A stretch of 63,846 bases of DNA, counting the filler, from Reticulomyxa filosa (Eukaryota; Protista; Foraminifera): the NCBI GenBank assembly GCA_000512085.1. It is 20 parts of 20 records of this genome, joined end to end, with 100 filler letters (N's around TTAATTAATTAA, not from the genome) between each part and the next. Parts side by side here need not be neighbours in the genome. Positions count along the whole stretch, not along the records: positions 13,686 to 15,309 come from ASPP01009422.1; positions 15,410 to 18,594 come from ASPP01009528.1; positions 18,695 to 20,768 come from ASPP01003044.1; positions 20,869 to 22,437 come from ASPP01022276.1; positions 22,538 to 26,114 come from ASPP01027234.1; 15 more parts are not named here. One strand, 5' to 3'. The notes under the pieces were generated by a model that saw only the letters and a program-made list of their open reading frames with translations, had not been told where the DNA came from and did no database searches. The position numbers were made by a program, and so were the translations under genes. Positions 14,089 through 26,050 of the stretch are shown here, one piece after another; position 1 is the stretch's first letter; every line of letters starts with the position of its first letter.

Positions 14089-15309
14089 ATATATGTATAC
14101 GTACATGTATGTATGTATGTATGTATATGTTTGCTACAATACTAACTCTTTTTTCTTCTATAATGAAAAAAGGAGTCCCTGGTCTGCGCTTGTGGCGGAC
14201 AACTGACAGAAAAATGGAGCAAAGGCGGAGAAGTGGTAGCGTGCTTTTTTTGTGAGCTGCTACATTTGCCGGCCAATGTTCGATACTACGAGTGCGATGC
14301 ACAGAGCCCGATGCATCCAGGCGGGTTCTCGGGTTGCACTCGCTGCGTAGGTGCTCTGCTCGTGGACAAGTTTTGGGACCCACAGATATATCAGCAGATC
14401 ATGAAGCAATGGCAACACACATTGGCCACGGCTGACTCGTCCGCCCAGGTCAAAGGCAAGTATCCTCACATGGTTGGCACCAAAGTCCACATCGAGCGAG
14501 TTGCCGAAGTTGACACGCAGTCGCAATCCTTTCGATCCAAGTTGAAAATCTTTTTGACTTGGAAGCCAACGAAAGCTGATTTGGAGGTATATGTATAATA
14601 TACATATATGCATATATACGTATATACATATATACGTATATACATATTTATATTTATACTTATATTTATATTTGATACAATAAACACTTGGACAGCTTTG
14701 GGAATCAAACCCTGACGAATTCCATCCGCAATGGGAACCCAGACTCGAATTTCCGAATATCATTGAAGAACATACTCGCGAATGGATAATGGCTCCATCT
14801 CTGCGGATCCCCTTTTTCGTTGTCGAAAAAGGGGAATGTAATCGTGGCAACATCTCACCCTTGCCGTACTCCATTTCCGCGTGTCTGCTGTTGGATGCCA
14901 CGTTTTCCGAAGTGTTCGAATTGGAAAACTTCCCTGGTTAAAACTTTATTATTATTTTTATTTTATTTTCCTTCTTCCATTCTCCTCTCTATAATGTCGC
15001 TTCTTTCACAACTCTATGTAGTCGATTGTCAAGACCTCACTATTGTCATGCGCTCCGAAGAGCCTGTTTATCTTTGTGAATTTGTTAAGTGACTCTGTTT
15101 TTTTTTAAAAAAAAAAAAAGAGTCGAAACTAAAATGTAGAGTTTGGTATCCTCCTCCTCTTCCCCCCCTCTCTTATGTAGGTTCAGCCCTTTGACTCGCG
15201 CGAAATGCTTGTAATGGCAAGCGACTTTTCCACATTGAGCGATTGGACACTGCACGCCCCGCAAATGGAAGTGGTCGTCAACCAACTCAGCATTCGCACG
15301 GCCTTTTCC
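13779..15309 (+). CDS. Cys-less (Pro-loop) pentameric ligand-gated ion channel extracellular domain with an N-terminal Cys/His zinc-finger-like module; 3'-partial
   Basis: Spliced reading: VGTKVHIERVAEVDTQSQSFRSKLKIFLTW / WEPRLEFPN / ATFSEVFELENFPVDCQDLTI / LSDW, which are the pLGIC beta1-beta2, loop A WxP and Pro-loop motifs. Introns at 14034-14172, ~14587-14695, ~14937-15021 and ~15084-15180. Confidence 0.8.
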
Positions 15310-15455
15310 NNNNNNNNNNNNNNNNNNNNNNNNNNNNNNNNNNNNNNNNNNNNTTAATTAATTAANNNNNNNNNNNNNNNNNNNNNNNNNNNNNNNNNNN
15401 NNNNNNNNNATATATATATATATGTATATGTATATATGTATACATATATAATACT

Positions 15456-15797
15456 CTAATTACCCAGTTTTCGCACCAACACCGATACAATCTTTTGCCG
15501 ATCACTATCATCATCTTCGTCATCATTTGAGTCAGCATCTTCTATTTCGTCGTTCAAATTCTCATCACTACCTATATCCACGTCTTTTTTGTTGATCAGC
15601 TCACTTGCTGCGTCTTTGAAAGACACAATCTTCCATTTCAAATTTGGACTCACTTCGTTGTTCATAATATCTGTCACATCAAACTCGATCTTTATTTTTT
15701 CAATCAACTTTGAATAGTTCAGCTCATCTTCCCCGAATTCCAATTCTACACATGTGCAGTCCGTTTTGTCTATTTTTGATCCATCGTCGAGGTACAC
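15456..15797 (-). CDS. Small hypothetical protein, possibly PB1/ubiquitin-like fold
   Basis: Open acidic ORF: LNYSKLIEKIKIEF...WKIVSFKD...VDIGSDENLNDEI, resembling the PB1 OPCA acidic motif. Confidence 0.4.
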   Translation of the reverse strand: MYLDDGSKIDKTDCTCVELEFGEDELNYSKLIEKIKIEFDVTDIMNNEVSPNLKWKIVSFKDAASELINKKDVDIGSDENLNDEIEDADSNDDEDDDSDRQKIVSVLVRKLGN

Positions 15798-17287
15798 ACG
15801 AATTATTGGTACTTTGCTTCCTTTTGTGTTTTTATTTTTGTTGTTTTGCTCTTTTCACTTGAATGGTCTCGGCTTTTTTTTTGCTTTGCTTGTGTAGAAA
15901 TGGATGATACTTTCTTCTGTATCTGAAGCCATTAAAAGCAAAAAAATTCAATATAGCACTGCAAGCAAAAATCAAAATAGAGCTTGGAGAGGATAGAAAA
16001 TAAATAAAGATGCTGAATTTTTTATTCAAAAAAACCCATGCAGCCCGTTTTAGAAAAAAGTGGCAACGGTCAAAAATAAAAGTCATAAAATGTGTACACG
16101 TGTTTAGTTAATGAAATAACGTTACTCTTTCTGTCCCAAAAAGCACTACAATTTTCAATTGCAATTGCAAAATTACCTTGTCAAGAGTAGCAGCAATTTA
16201 TTGAAAATAAAAAATATTTATAAGTTTGGAGTGTCTGACTGCATTAGAGATTTGCTCAAGACGCGAGAAAAATATTACAAAAAAACTCGAATATTTTATA
16301 AATCTGCTGGTTTAGATAATTAAGAGATTTTGAAGTAACTTTTCATTGATACGTCTGCGAAAGTAGTTTCGTTTTAGGTACTTTTTGTGTTCGTGAAATT
16401 AGTGTCCAATTGCGATATCGGCATTACTCCTATTCATTAAAAAACACCAGCAAGGCGTTATAAATTTTTGTTAGGTGAAAAATTGCATCTTATTGTAGAT
16501 GTTAACAGTGAAAGCAAATTTGTGCTCCCAATAACAAAAACGTAAAGAGGAGCAAACAAGACATGAAAAAAAATTTGTACTGTAAAAGAGAAAAAAAAAA
16601 AAAGATAAAAAAAAAGATAAAAAAGAAAATTAAACAATGATAACAAGCGCAATGACTGCAAGCAACGTTATATCACGCATCGAGTGTCACTGTTCCCAAT
16701 AAAAGGACAATAGACAAAAGAAAATGAAAACCCTTACCACAAAACCAAAAATGCATACCAAAAAAAAATTGTATTTAGTACAACAAATAAAATAAAAAAA
16801 AAGAATAAAAACCGATCCAAGAACAATGTTGACGCAAACATCAAAACAACAACAAGTTCGAACTGTCCATCCCCTAAAAAAAAAATTAGACAGAGATGTG
16901 TTTTCATACAGCCAATGATTTCATTATGGCATGTTTGATACATGCGTTTCTCAGTGCAACAATTATTTATTTGCATCCATTCATTTTTTCGGTATGAACA
17001 ATCAAAAGAAGTAAAAACAACAAACAAATATATTTTTCCAAAAAAAAAAATCTTTTTAGTCAAGAGATAAACCGAGGGTATTGTGGTTTCGAATGAATAA
17101 AATCTCTAAGACGTAAACAATCAAATGAATATTTACACTAAATGAATACAGACTTTTTTTTAAAATTGAAAAAAAAAAAGAAAAAAAAAAAGAAAATATA
17201 TGTGCAGATTGGCAACACAACTGCAAACACACATAAATAAAAAGAAAAAAAATTTGAGAGAAAGACAACAGCGACAATAAGGCGATG

Positions 17288-18481
17288 TCAAAGTTCCATC
17301 TCAAATGATTCATCATCGTCAATGTGTGCGGGTTGGTTTTCTAATCTTTTGCCAACAAAATTGGTCTGTATACGTTGAAAGGTCACAAACAAAAAAAGGG
17401 AATGCAATAGCAAAAAATAACGACAAAAAAAAAAAAAATGAACCACTTCCTCCTTCTCTTGCATACAGTATGTTAAAAGTGCGAGAGGTAACAGTACCTG
17501 AGGCAACGAGGGTGTGAAATCGAAATCATATCTGTGCCTATTTTGGTTAGGAATAGATATGACACTTGACCGCCCAACGTTCGAAGAAGAACGTGGTTTC
17601 GTGGGTGACTGTGACATGACCAATGACTGATAATAATCAGTTAAGTGCGTTGCCTGTTTCTGTGGTTTATCTACCCGTGGATTGGCAAAAGAACTGTTAT
17701 TATTACTATTGTTACTAGTATTACTATTATCATTATTATCCTTGCGAGTACGATCATAAGGAGGTGTTGGCGAGGTCGACGATTGTTTCAATTGCCATGG
17801 ATTATTCAATAAAGGAAATTTCCTGACATCATTCGATGATTGAGAAGCACGTAAATGGGGCTGTTTGGACACATCCGGAAATAAGGAAGTTACTTTTTCA
17901 TTGTCATCATTATCAACATTGATATTATTATTGCCATTATTGTTATTATCATTATTATTATTATTATTATTATTATTGTTATTGTTATTGTTATCATTGT
18001 TATTGCTATTACTGTTATTAATATCATCGTTATTATGAATAGTGTCTTCTTCATTGTCTTGATGATGATTACCTTGCCATTTTTGTTCTTGCGTTGTGTC
18101 ATAATCAGTTTGTCTGGGTGGTCGGACAGCCTCCCCGGCCAATAGCAGAGTGAGTCTTCCGACGGGCGTGGCAGGGTTCGCCGTGAGCTTTTCTTTGACA
18201 AGACGAGCACAAGTGTCCATGGACTGTGAGCTTTGCAATTTGGGGATGATTGGTGGCATCTGCTCTTCCTCGTCGAGCGTATCTGCAGCTAACGGAACGA
18301 GCGATGTTTTGCTTTGCCTTTCGTGCTCTCGTTTCTGTTCGTCTTCGTCTTCATCTTCGTCAAGTCGTAGCTTTGGATTTGAGCGCGTTTGAAGGGAGAC
18401 ATGAGGCCGACGAGGAACGGCCAGGCTATACGAAGAGCGTGATTGCCACGGCATGCGTTTTTGAAACGGTGATGGTGACAA
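17288..18481 (-). CDS. Asn-rich low-complexity hypothetical protein, spliced, partial
   Basis: 397-aa ORF with poly-N tracts. The end of the ORF reads through a probable intron near 17385-17445. Confidence 0.55.
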   Translation of the reverse strand: MSPSPFQKRMPWQSRSSYSLAVPRRPHVSLQTRSNPKLRLDEDEDEDEQKREHERQSKTSLVPLAADTLDEEEQMPPIIPKLQSSQSMDTCARLVKEKLTANPATPVGRLTLLLAGEAVRPPRQTDYDTTQEQKWQGNHHQDNEEDTIHNNDDINNSNSNNNDNNNNNNNNNNNNNNDNNNNGNNNINVDNDDNEKVTSLFPDVSKQPHLRASQSSNDVRKFPLLNNPWQLKQSSTSPTPPYDRTRKDNNDNSNTSNNSNNNSSFANPRVDKPQKQATHLTDYYQSLVMSQSPTKPRSSSNVGRSSVISIPNQNRHRYDFDFTPSLPQVLLPLALLTYCMQEKEEVVHFFFFCRYFLLLHSLFLFVTFQRIQTNFVGKRLENQPAHIDDDESFEMEL

Positions 18482-19016
18482 ATCGAAAGCTTCGTCCTCA
18501 CTGTCGCGCGATTGATTTTCTGTTCGGAATTTCCTTTCGACATGGATTTGCTAGGCGAAGTTAAAAAAGGGGCCTCTTTTTTTTTTTTTTTTTTNNNNNN
18601 NNNNNNNNNNNNNNNNNNNNNNNNNNNNNNNNNNNNNNTTAATTAATTAANNNNNNNNNNNNNNNNNNNNNNNNNNNNNNNNNNNNNNNNNNNNACAGTT
18701 TTTTCTTCAGATACCAATGTATTCTTTTTGTATGCAGGAAACAACTTTAGAAATAGAAGAATAAATGGAAGGGAGAAGAATAAACAATATACCACAAACA
18801 CAGGTGTGTCCTATGCATAATTGAAATACCATCTGTGGTCAGAGTTGATCAAAATGATTTTACATTTTTACAAAGGCATAATAAAATGATATTAGTGTGC
18901 CAAATTACTATTACCTTAACAAATAAAAAGCCTTTTTTGGTTTCAGTCCAATTCGCAACAAAATTATTCATTTTACAAGACCCTGATAAAATAAATTTCT
19001 TTGCAAAGAGTTAACA

Positions 19017-20768
19017 TTAAACTTTACCGCCACGTTGTTGCAAAAGTAATATTTGCTGAGGGGTTAAACCTTTTACACTTTCCCAAACGCTACCTTTCAT
19101 TGATAACCCGCAACCTTGAACACCTACTTGCCAAATACATGGTGTTAAGTCCACCTCCGCAACCTTAAGAGGAGTTGCACTATTAATACTTTTTGAGGCT
19201 TCAACTAACGCACCTACTATCTTCAAAGCCGCATCAGGGGGGGGAATATTCCACAATCGAACCGTTTTATCATTAGAAGAAGACACAATTTTGGAACCAT
19301 CAGGCGAAAATTGTACCCCATTTATCTCGCTTGAATGCCCTTCTAACATATTAAACTTGGTGTCCTGTTTTAACATCCCAAATGCGAATTGTTTTATCCG
19401 TTGAACAAGATACAATTCTGGAACTGTCCGAAGAAAATCCTACTCCTTTTATCAATTCTGAATGTCCCAAGAAAACTAAAAGTTGGTTTCCTGAAGCTAC
19501 GTCCCATGTTCGAATGGTTTTGTCATTTGAACAGGAAACGATCGTTGAGCCATTTCTTGAAAAATATGCGGCATTTACTTCACGGGAATGTCCTTTTAGC
19601 AATTGAAGTTCTTTTCCTGATGCCACATCCCAAATTCGAATCAACTTATCACTTGAAGAGGAAACAATTTTAGAGCCATCAGGAGAAAATTGTGCTCCAT
19701 TTACAGCGAGTGTATGTCCTTCTAATAACTGAAGCTGTTTCCCTGAAGAAACTTCCCATATTCTGACAGTTTTATCTCCTGAACAAGAAGCAAATTTTGG
19801 AGCCATCTGGAGAAAACTGTGCACTGTTTACCCAATGTAAATGTCCTTCCAATAATTTAAGTTGTTTTCCTGATGCTGCGTCCCAAATTCGAATTGTTTT
19901 ATCTTTTGAGCATGACAAAACTTTGGAATCATCTGGAGAGAATTGTGCCCCATATACACTCTCGGTATGGCCTTCCATTTACTTGGATCTGCCTTTCTGA
20001 TACAATATCCCAAATTCGAATTGTTTTGTCATTTGAGTACGACACAAGTTTCGAACCATGTGATGAAAATTGTGCTCCATTAACAGCAAGTGAATGTCCT
20101 TCAAATGATTGAAGATGTTGTGTCGAATATACATCCCAAATTCGAATTGTTTTATCAACGGAACATGACACAATCCTTAATCCATCCTGGTGAAAATTGG
20201 GCACCATATACAACTTCTGAATGACCTTCCAATACTTGCAATTGCCGTCCAGACGATGTATCCCATATTCGAATTGTTTTGTCATTTGAACTTGATACAA
20301 TTTTGGAACCATCTGGGGGGAAAATTGAGCTCCAATTTACCCAATTGGAATGGCCTTCTAAAGATTGAATTTGTTGTCCTGATGATATATCCCAAATTCG
20401 AATTGTTTTATCTCCTGCGGAGGAAATGATCTTTGTATCATCCAGAGAGAATTGCGCACTATTGACCCAATTTGAATGACCTTCTAAAGATTGAATTTGC
20501 AGTCCTGATGCCATATCCCATATTCGGATTGTCTTATCTGCAGAGCATGATACAATCTTCGAGCCATCTCGTGAAAATTGCACTCCATTTACTTCACTGG
20601 TATGTCCTTCGAATACCTTGATTTGTTTTCCAGATGATACATCCCATATTCGGATTGTTTTATCGCGCGAGCAAGACACAATTTTGGAAGCATTTGGCGA
20701 GAATTGCGCAGAATTTACCCAGTCTGCATGTCCTGCCAATAAATTGAGCTGTTTGCCCGTTGACACTT
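19017..20768 (-). CDS. WD40-repeat protein (~12 highly similar 42-aa repeats) with a GLTxxQxxLLxQRG C-terminal cap; 5'-partial, frameshifted
   Basis: Repeats of GHxxxVNxAQFSPDGSKIVSxSxDKTIRIWD at a 126-nt period across overlapping ORFs 20155-20766, 19929-20312, 19772-19978, 19351-19824 and 19017-19415. Confidence 0.92.
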
Positions 20769-20868
20769 NNNNNNNNNNNNNNNNNNNNNNNNNNNNNNNN
20801 NNNNNNNNNNNNTTAATTAATTAANNNNNNNNNNNNNNNNNNNNNNNNNNNNNNNNNNNNNNNNNNNN

Positions 20869-21026
20869 GGAGCCAATTTACCTTGTGATTGGTAATATCG
20901 CTTCAGTTTTTGATTGATTGAGTGTAATTGTTCGTTTTCATTTTGCGCTTTGCCGTCGTCGTTTTTTTCTTCGTTAATACTTGAAGCTTGCAAAAGATCC
21001 TCTTTTGCTCCTATTTGGGCATCCAT
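20869..21026 (-). CDS. N-terminal fragment of a gene running off the contig (possibly a NACHT-type protein)
   Basis: MDAQIGAKED...INQKLKRYYQSQGKLA. The LKxYYQSQxKL helix recalls pre-NACHT segments of Reticulomyxa proteins (recollection, not verified). Confidence 0.3.
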
Positions 21027-21859
21027 GGGACTTTTTCTTCTGAAATGTTGAAAACTTTTGATGAAGGGGCTTGTTAAAATTTTTTAGAGTTTTTGTTTAA
21101 GCCTATAGAGTTTTTTTTATCAACAAGATTTTTGTACAATTTCAACATATCTCACAAGTTTTTCAACAATAAACTGTTAGATGAAAATATTGACAAGTGT
21201 CACAGTTTTTTTCTTGAATTATGAATAAAATACCCCGATTTGTCAAAAAAAAGCACATCTAATACACATTTTTAAGAATTGATATTTTTTAAGTCAGCTA
21301 ATTTTAAAAGAATTGCTGCAATAATAATGTTAAAAAAAACTATGAAATTAGTTATATAAATGATTTCATTCACATTACTCTGAAGATATCAATAGAATGT
21401 TTCTAAAAAAGGGATAGTTTCATTTTATTTTTTGTCTTTCATGTTCCTACGTTAAGTTAAAGAAGTGTGAGAGATGCTGGGTTTTGGCAGAATGTTATTT
21501 TTGGGTTTTTTTTGCATTAACTCACAGAAGTGAAAGAACAGCACATTCAAAAACACATCAGCCTTTTGGCAAAACTGAGTTGTGATTTGAAAGCTTTATT
21601 TGTTCTTTGTTTTACTAATATGTAACAGACAGACATAGAATGATATAATAATAGATGAAAATTTGAAATAAAAAGTAAGCCATTTGATTTAAGGGTTTAA
21701 GAATGGCCAAACGAACCCGAAACAACATTTGCTCGATTTTTAGAAAGGATATATCACTTAGAAAAATAATTAAACAATACAAATTAGAAAACAACCAATC
21801 TTCCAATCCTTAAGACATATAATAGATGTATATCAGATGAAAGGTGTAAGAGAACCAAT

Positions 21860-22437
21860 ATAACATTTTTGGCAACGCTTTTGCACATACCACATAAATC
21901 TTTTTTTGCTCTTTCAAGTAGCATTACTCACTCTTTATTATCAATTGTGTTAACATATGTGTCCATTACATGTTTGAAAACAAATATCAAAGCATTGAAA
22001 CTCTTCCCAATCAAATTCTTTGAAATTACTCCAAATAATTTTATACATTATTTATGGACATAATTTCTTTATCTTTTAACCCACTCATTAAAACATTTTA
22101 TACTTTTCCAGTTGATTATTAGTTAATTCGGCTGAATCACTTTAAATAATTTGCATATGATCCATCTTCATCTTTCAATCTATTTATGAAGGAATCAGCA
22201 ACTTTTTTTATTTCTCAAAAAATTTCGTGCTGGAAAAGAGATACGATTTATGCACTCCTTTGGCTATTTATTTTTTTTTTTTTTTCATATGACATGCCAA
22301 TATCATATTGATTAATATAAAATAAAAGAGTATATATAACACATATTACTTAACATTCAAATCTTCAATACTTTGAAAAAAACGAATAATGGCATTAACA
22401 AGCGATTGATATAAAGCATTGTCTACTATTTACAGTT
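21860..22437 (-). pseudogene. Degenerate HEAT/ARM-repeat relic
   Basis: Remnants INRLKDED, LMSGLKDK and CIKLFGVISK across shifting frames, with many stops. Confidence 0.4.
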
Positions 22438-23471
22438 NNNNNNNNNNNNNNNNNNNNNNNNNNNNNNNNNNNNNNNNNNNNTTAATTAATTAANNNNNNN
22501 NNNNNNNNNNNNNNNNNNNNNNNNNNNNNNNNNNNNNTCTGAACCTCAATTGTACTAATTAATTTTATGTAAAAATTAATATCTTTTTTAGCTTTTTGAA
22601 AATTACTATCCAAGCTAGCAAATTGTGTTTTAATATATTCTATTTGCTTCGAAATTTGAGTTAAATTTTTATTTATATTATTTATTTTGCTACTTTCGTC
22701 TTTATTTTATATAACTTAAATTCACTGGTACTACAAGCCTTCAAATCGTCAATTGACATTTATAGCATTGTCGATAATAAAGCCAAAAATCGACTGTCAT
22801 CTTTTTGTCCGTTCGTTTGTTTGACAAACAACAAGCAAACACGCAAACATTGTTTATTAACTCAAGTTTATTTTCATCATACATGCCCATTCTCTAATTT
22901 GCTTTTTTTCTTTGTCTACCGAAATGATATCCAAAAAAACTTTTTTTTACAAACTTAAAAAAAAAAAAACTATATTTAAGTTTTAAAAAAACTATTTACA
23001 AATTAAAACACAATATTTTAAAAAAAACAATATTATTTCATTATATCTGAAAAAAAGTTTAAATATTAAACAAAAAAAAATATACAATACAAATGCAAAT
23101 TCATACAAGGAAACACATAATCTAACAAAACGCAACTAGTGTTTTCACTTTTGTAAAATTATATCACATTCAGACTTACTATTTTATTACGCTTTCCCAA
23201 AACAGTCAACACAAATTTTCATTCTTTGGCTGTTTAGTTTTGGATTGATTGCAGTATATGCCGTCTTTTTGGAAATATTTTATTTTTAACAATGAAAAAA
23301 TAGTTTGTGTCAAGAGCTGTCGTAGTTGAAGTTAAAATTGTTAATACTTTTGATTACATTTAACTTAAAAATAAATAATTGGAAAACTCAAACAAGGAAA
23401 TAATGATTAACGAATACAGACAAAAAAAAAGCACGAAAAAGCTAAATTTGTCTAAGCTCATCTGCAACAAC

Positions 23472-24390
23472 TTAAGGCAAAGAGAAAATATCGTTCAAAA
23501 CGACATAATATGGAAATGTGACATCATCTAAATAGCATTTGACGAATTTGTTGTTTTGCGTGTGATAATGGATTCTTTTTGTTGAGTATCTTCTTTGGGC
23601 CATGTCTTTTATTTGGATTGGCGCCACCGTTGGACGTGTTTTTCCAATTGTTCGAATTTCGTAGCTTTTTATAAAATTGCGCACGCAGTTCGGATATTTC
23701 TTTGGCATCGATTTCGTCTCGCTTTTCTTCCTCCTGCTTGTTTCTTTTCATCTTCTGGGTCAGATTTTTTTGTATTTTTCCAATGGTTGTGCTGTTATCC
23801 TTTTCGTCCTTAAATTTCTCTCCGCCATATTGTTTGTCGTTGTTTGATAGAAGAAGAAAGACAAAACAAGCATGTTAAAATAAAGTCCTTTTTCATTGTG
23901 CTTTGATTATTATATATATATGTATATATACATACATATATGTATATAATATTATCTCAAGGGCTTCATTTGCATCACACTCTTCCTCTTCTTCCTTATT
24001 TAGCTCTTCTCGATTGAGATTGGCTCTGTTGCTTAAATCTTTTTCACGTGCATCGAATATCGCTTCTAATTGATCTTCTTTTTGCATGCCATCGACACGT
24101 GGGCATACCTGTCAGCGTCCAAGTCATTCGCTTTGCCTCTTTACTTCGTTTCGGCTGCTTTTTGTTGTTCGATTCGTTTGGCTTTTTTGGTGCTTGACAG
24201 CTGCATTCGCTGCGTGGGATCTGTTTTTTTGTTGATTTGCATTTTGCGTTGCAACCAAGATATCTTCAATGTCGTCGAAGAGGTCTATAAAATCTATCAA
24301 TTGTTCGGACACCTCGTCTGCTTTTTACTCTTTTTTTCATTCGTCTAGCAAATCCGTGTTGTCTCCTGCACTTGGGAGTTTCATAGCATG
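23472..24390 (-). pseudogene. Degenerate charged/coiled-coil coding fragments
   Basis: Short E/K-rich ORFs 24124-24312, 23893-24087 and 23524-23751, broken by stops and a (TA)n intron. Confidence 0.3.
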
Positions 24391-25325
24391 TTAACACGTA
24401 CGCACATACAATGTCATTTGCATAAAACAAACGTTTTTTTTTTTTTGCTGCATAAAATCAAAATCCATAAACCAAAATATGTTTGTTTGATTCCCACTTG
24501 ATTGGGGTAAAAATAATTTGGCGCAAAAAAGAAATTTTTTGGTTGTGTCAATAAATGTTGAAAAAATGAAGAGGTTTATGAAACAATTGAATTGAACACA
24601 ACCCTTGATTTCTACGTATTACTCAATAATTAAGTTTACTAATTTACAAATTGCTATGGGATATTATTAAAAAAAATATAAAACGCCATTCATGGCACAA
24701 AAGAAAGAAGTGATATATCTTTCATTACTTATAATTCGTATTCTTATTGTAAAATTAAGTCTTAAATTTAAGATAAAGTGAAATTAACTATGGACAATAC
24801 ATTTATTTACATTTTTGTCTAGCAGCACCGGTACGTGGTACCAAAAACGTGTTTGGATTTTTATAAGATTTGAAAAACCCAAAAAGTTTTTTTTCCAGTT
24901 TTCAAACTTTACTTTTATAAGTTTTGTCTTTTTCCCGATCTTTTTTATTCTTGTTTTAATTTCACTAATGATGTACTTGTATCAATTATTTCACTCTAAC
25001 TTTTTTACATATTTTTGTTTACTTTTTGACTAATTTTTTTTTTGATGGAAAAGCTAAGACTAAATCGAAGTCAAACACAAACAATATGAAACAATAATTC
25101 AACACGCCAACGAGACAACAGACTTTGCAATAGTGAATGCAATGGTGAACGTGTCCAAACAAAATGATTGGTACTTTCAAAGTCCGTTTGAGAAGTTTTA
25201 TCGATATTTTTTCAGACAATGTGAAATCGTATGTCAATTTTTTTTTTAAAGATTTTAAATTTCAAATTTTTTTTTTAAAAAGTTGATGTATACCAGCTCT
25301 TGATCATTTTTATATATATAAAAAA

Positions 25326-26050
25326 GAATAGCACAGCATATCAGTGAAAACAGCATTCCCGTTGAAAAAATATTAGCCGATGGGTTTGCAACAATGTACG
25401 CAAATTATTTGAATAAAGAATCATTGCTTCGTCTCATCGATACTTTCTGCGTCGATGGATACAAGATACTGTTTCGAGTTGGCTTGATTTTGTTGAACAA
25501 CGCCGCCGAGGCCCTGTTGAAGACGAGGTATTTATATATACATGTATAAATTTGCGTGTTGTTTATGTAAACGTACACAACTTACAACTTGTACACAAGC
25601 ATACACATTATGTATTATTACATAAGATATGTAATATGTTTGTGCATATAAAAATAAACCACATATCGAACATAATAATAACAATAATAATAACAAAAAG
25701 CAATTTCAACGAATTTCGCGAGGAATTGATGATAGAATCACAAAAGTTGGACCCGATGACACTAGCGAGGCTTGCGTTTGAGCCGTATTTGAGTAGCGAC
25801 AAATTCGATCGACTGGATATGATGCACAAGAAGACGCTGGTGAACGTGTTGAAGACAGAAAACATGGAAGTGGCAAGGAGATAGCCGTCGTAGAATCCAG
25901 ACTGGCCAAAGCAGTCGGCCATTTTGAAAAACAAGGCCGACTTTTTGCAACTTTGGGTGTGGTTGTCACCCAAATGTCATATCGGTGATTCACAAACGCT
26001 TTTCAATACGCGTGATGAGGGTTACCAATTGTTCACCCTTTACGACAAAG
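25326..26050 (+). CDS. TBC (RabGAP) plus TLDc domain protein, TBC1D24-like, partial
   Basis: LLRLIDTFCVDGYKILFRVGLILL (TBC C-terminus), intron 25528-25700, then SAILKNKADFLQLWVWLSPK...LFNTRDEGYQLFTLYDK (TLDc start). Frameshift near 25880. Confidence 0.75.

Noticed and set aside
19017-21026. One NACHT-WD40 gene spanning the linker at 20769-20868
   Set aside because: The shared strand is suggestive, but the linker joins contigs with no evidence of order or distance.
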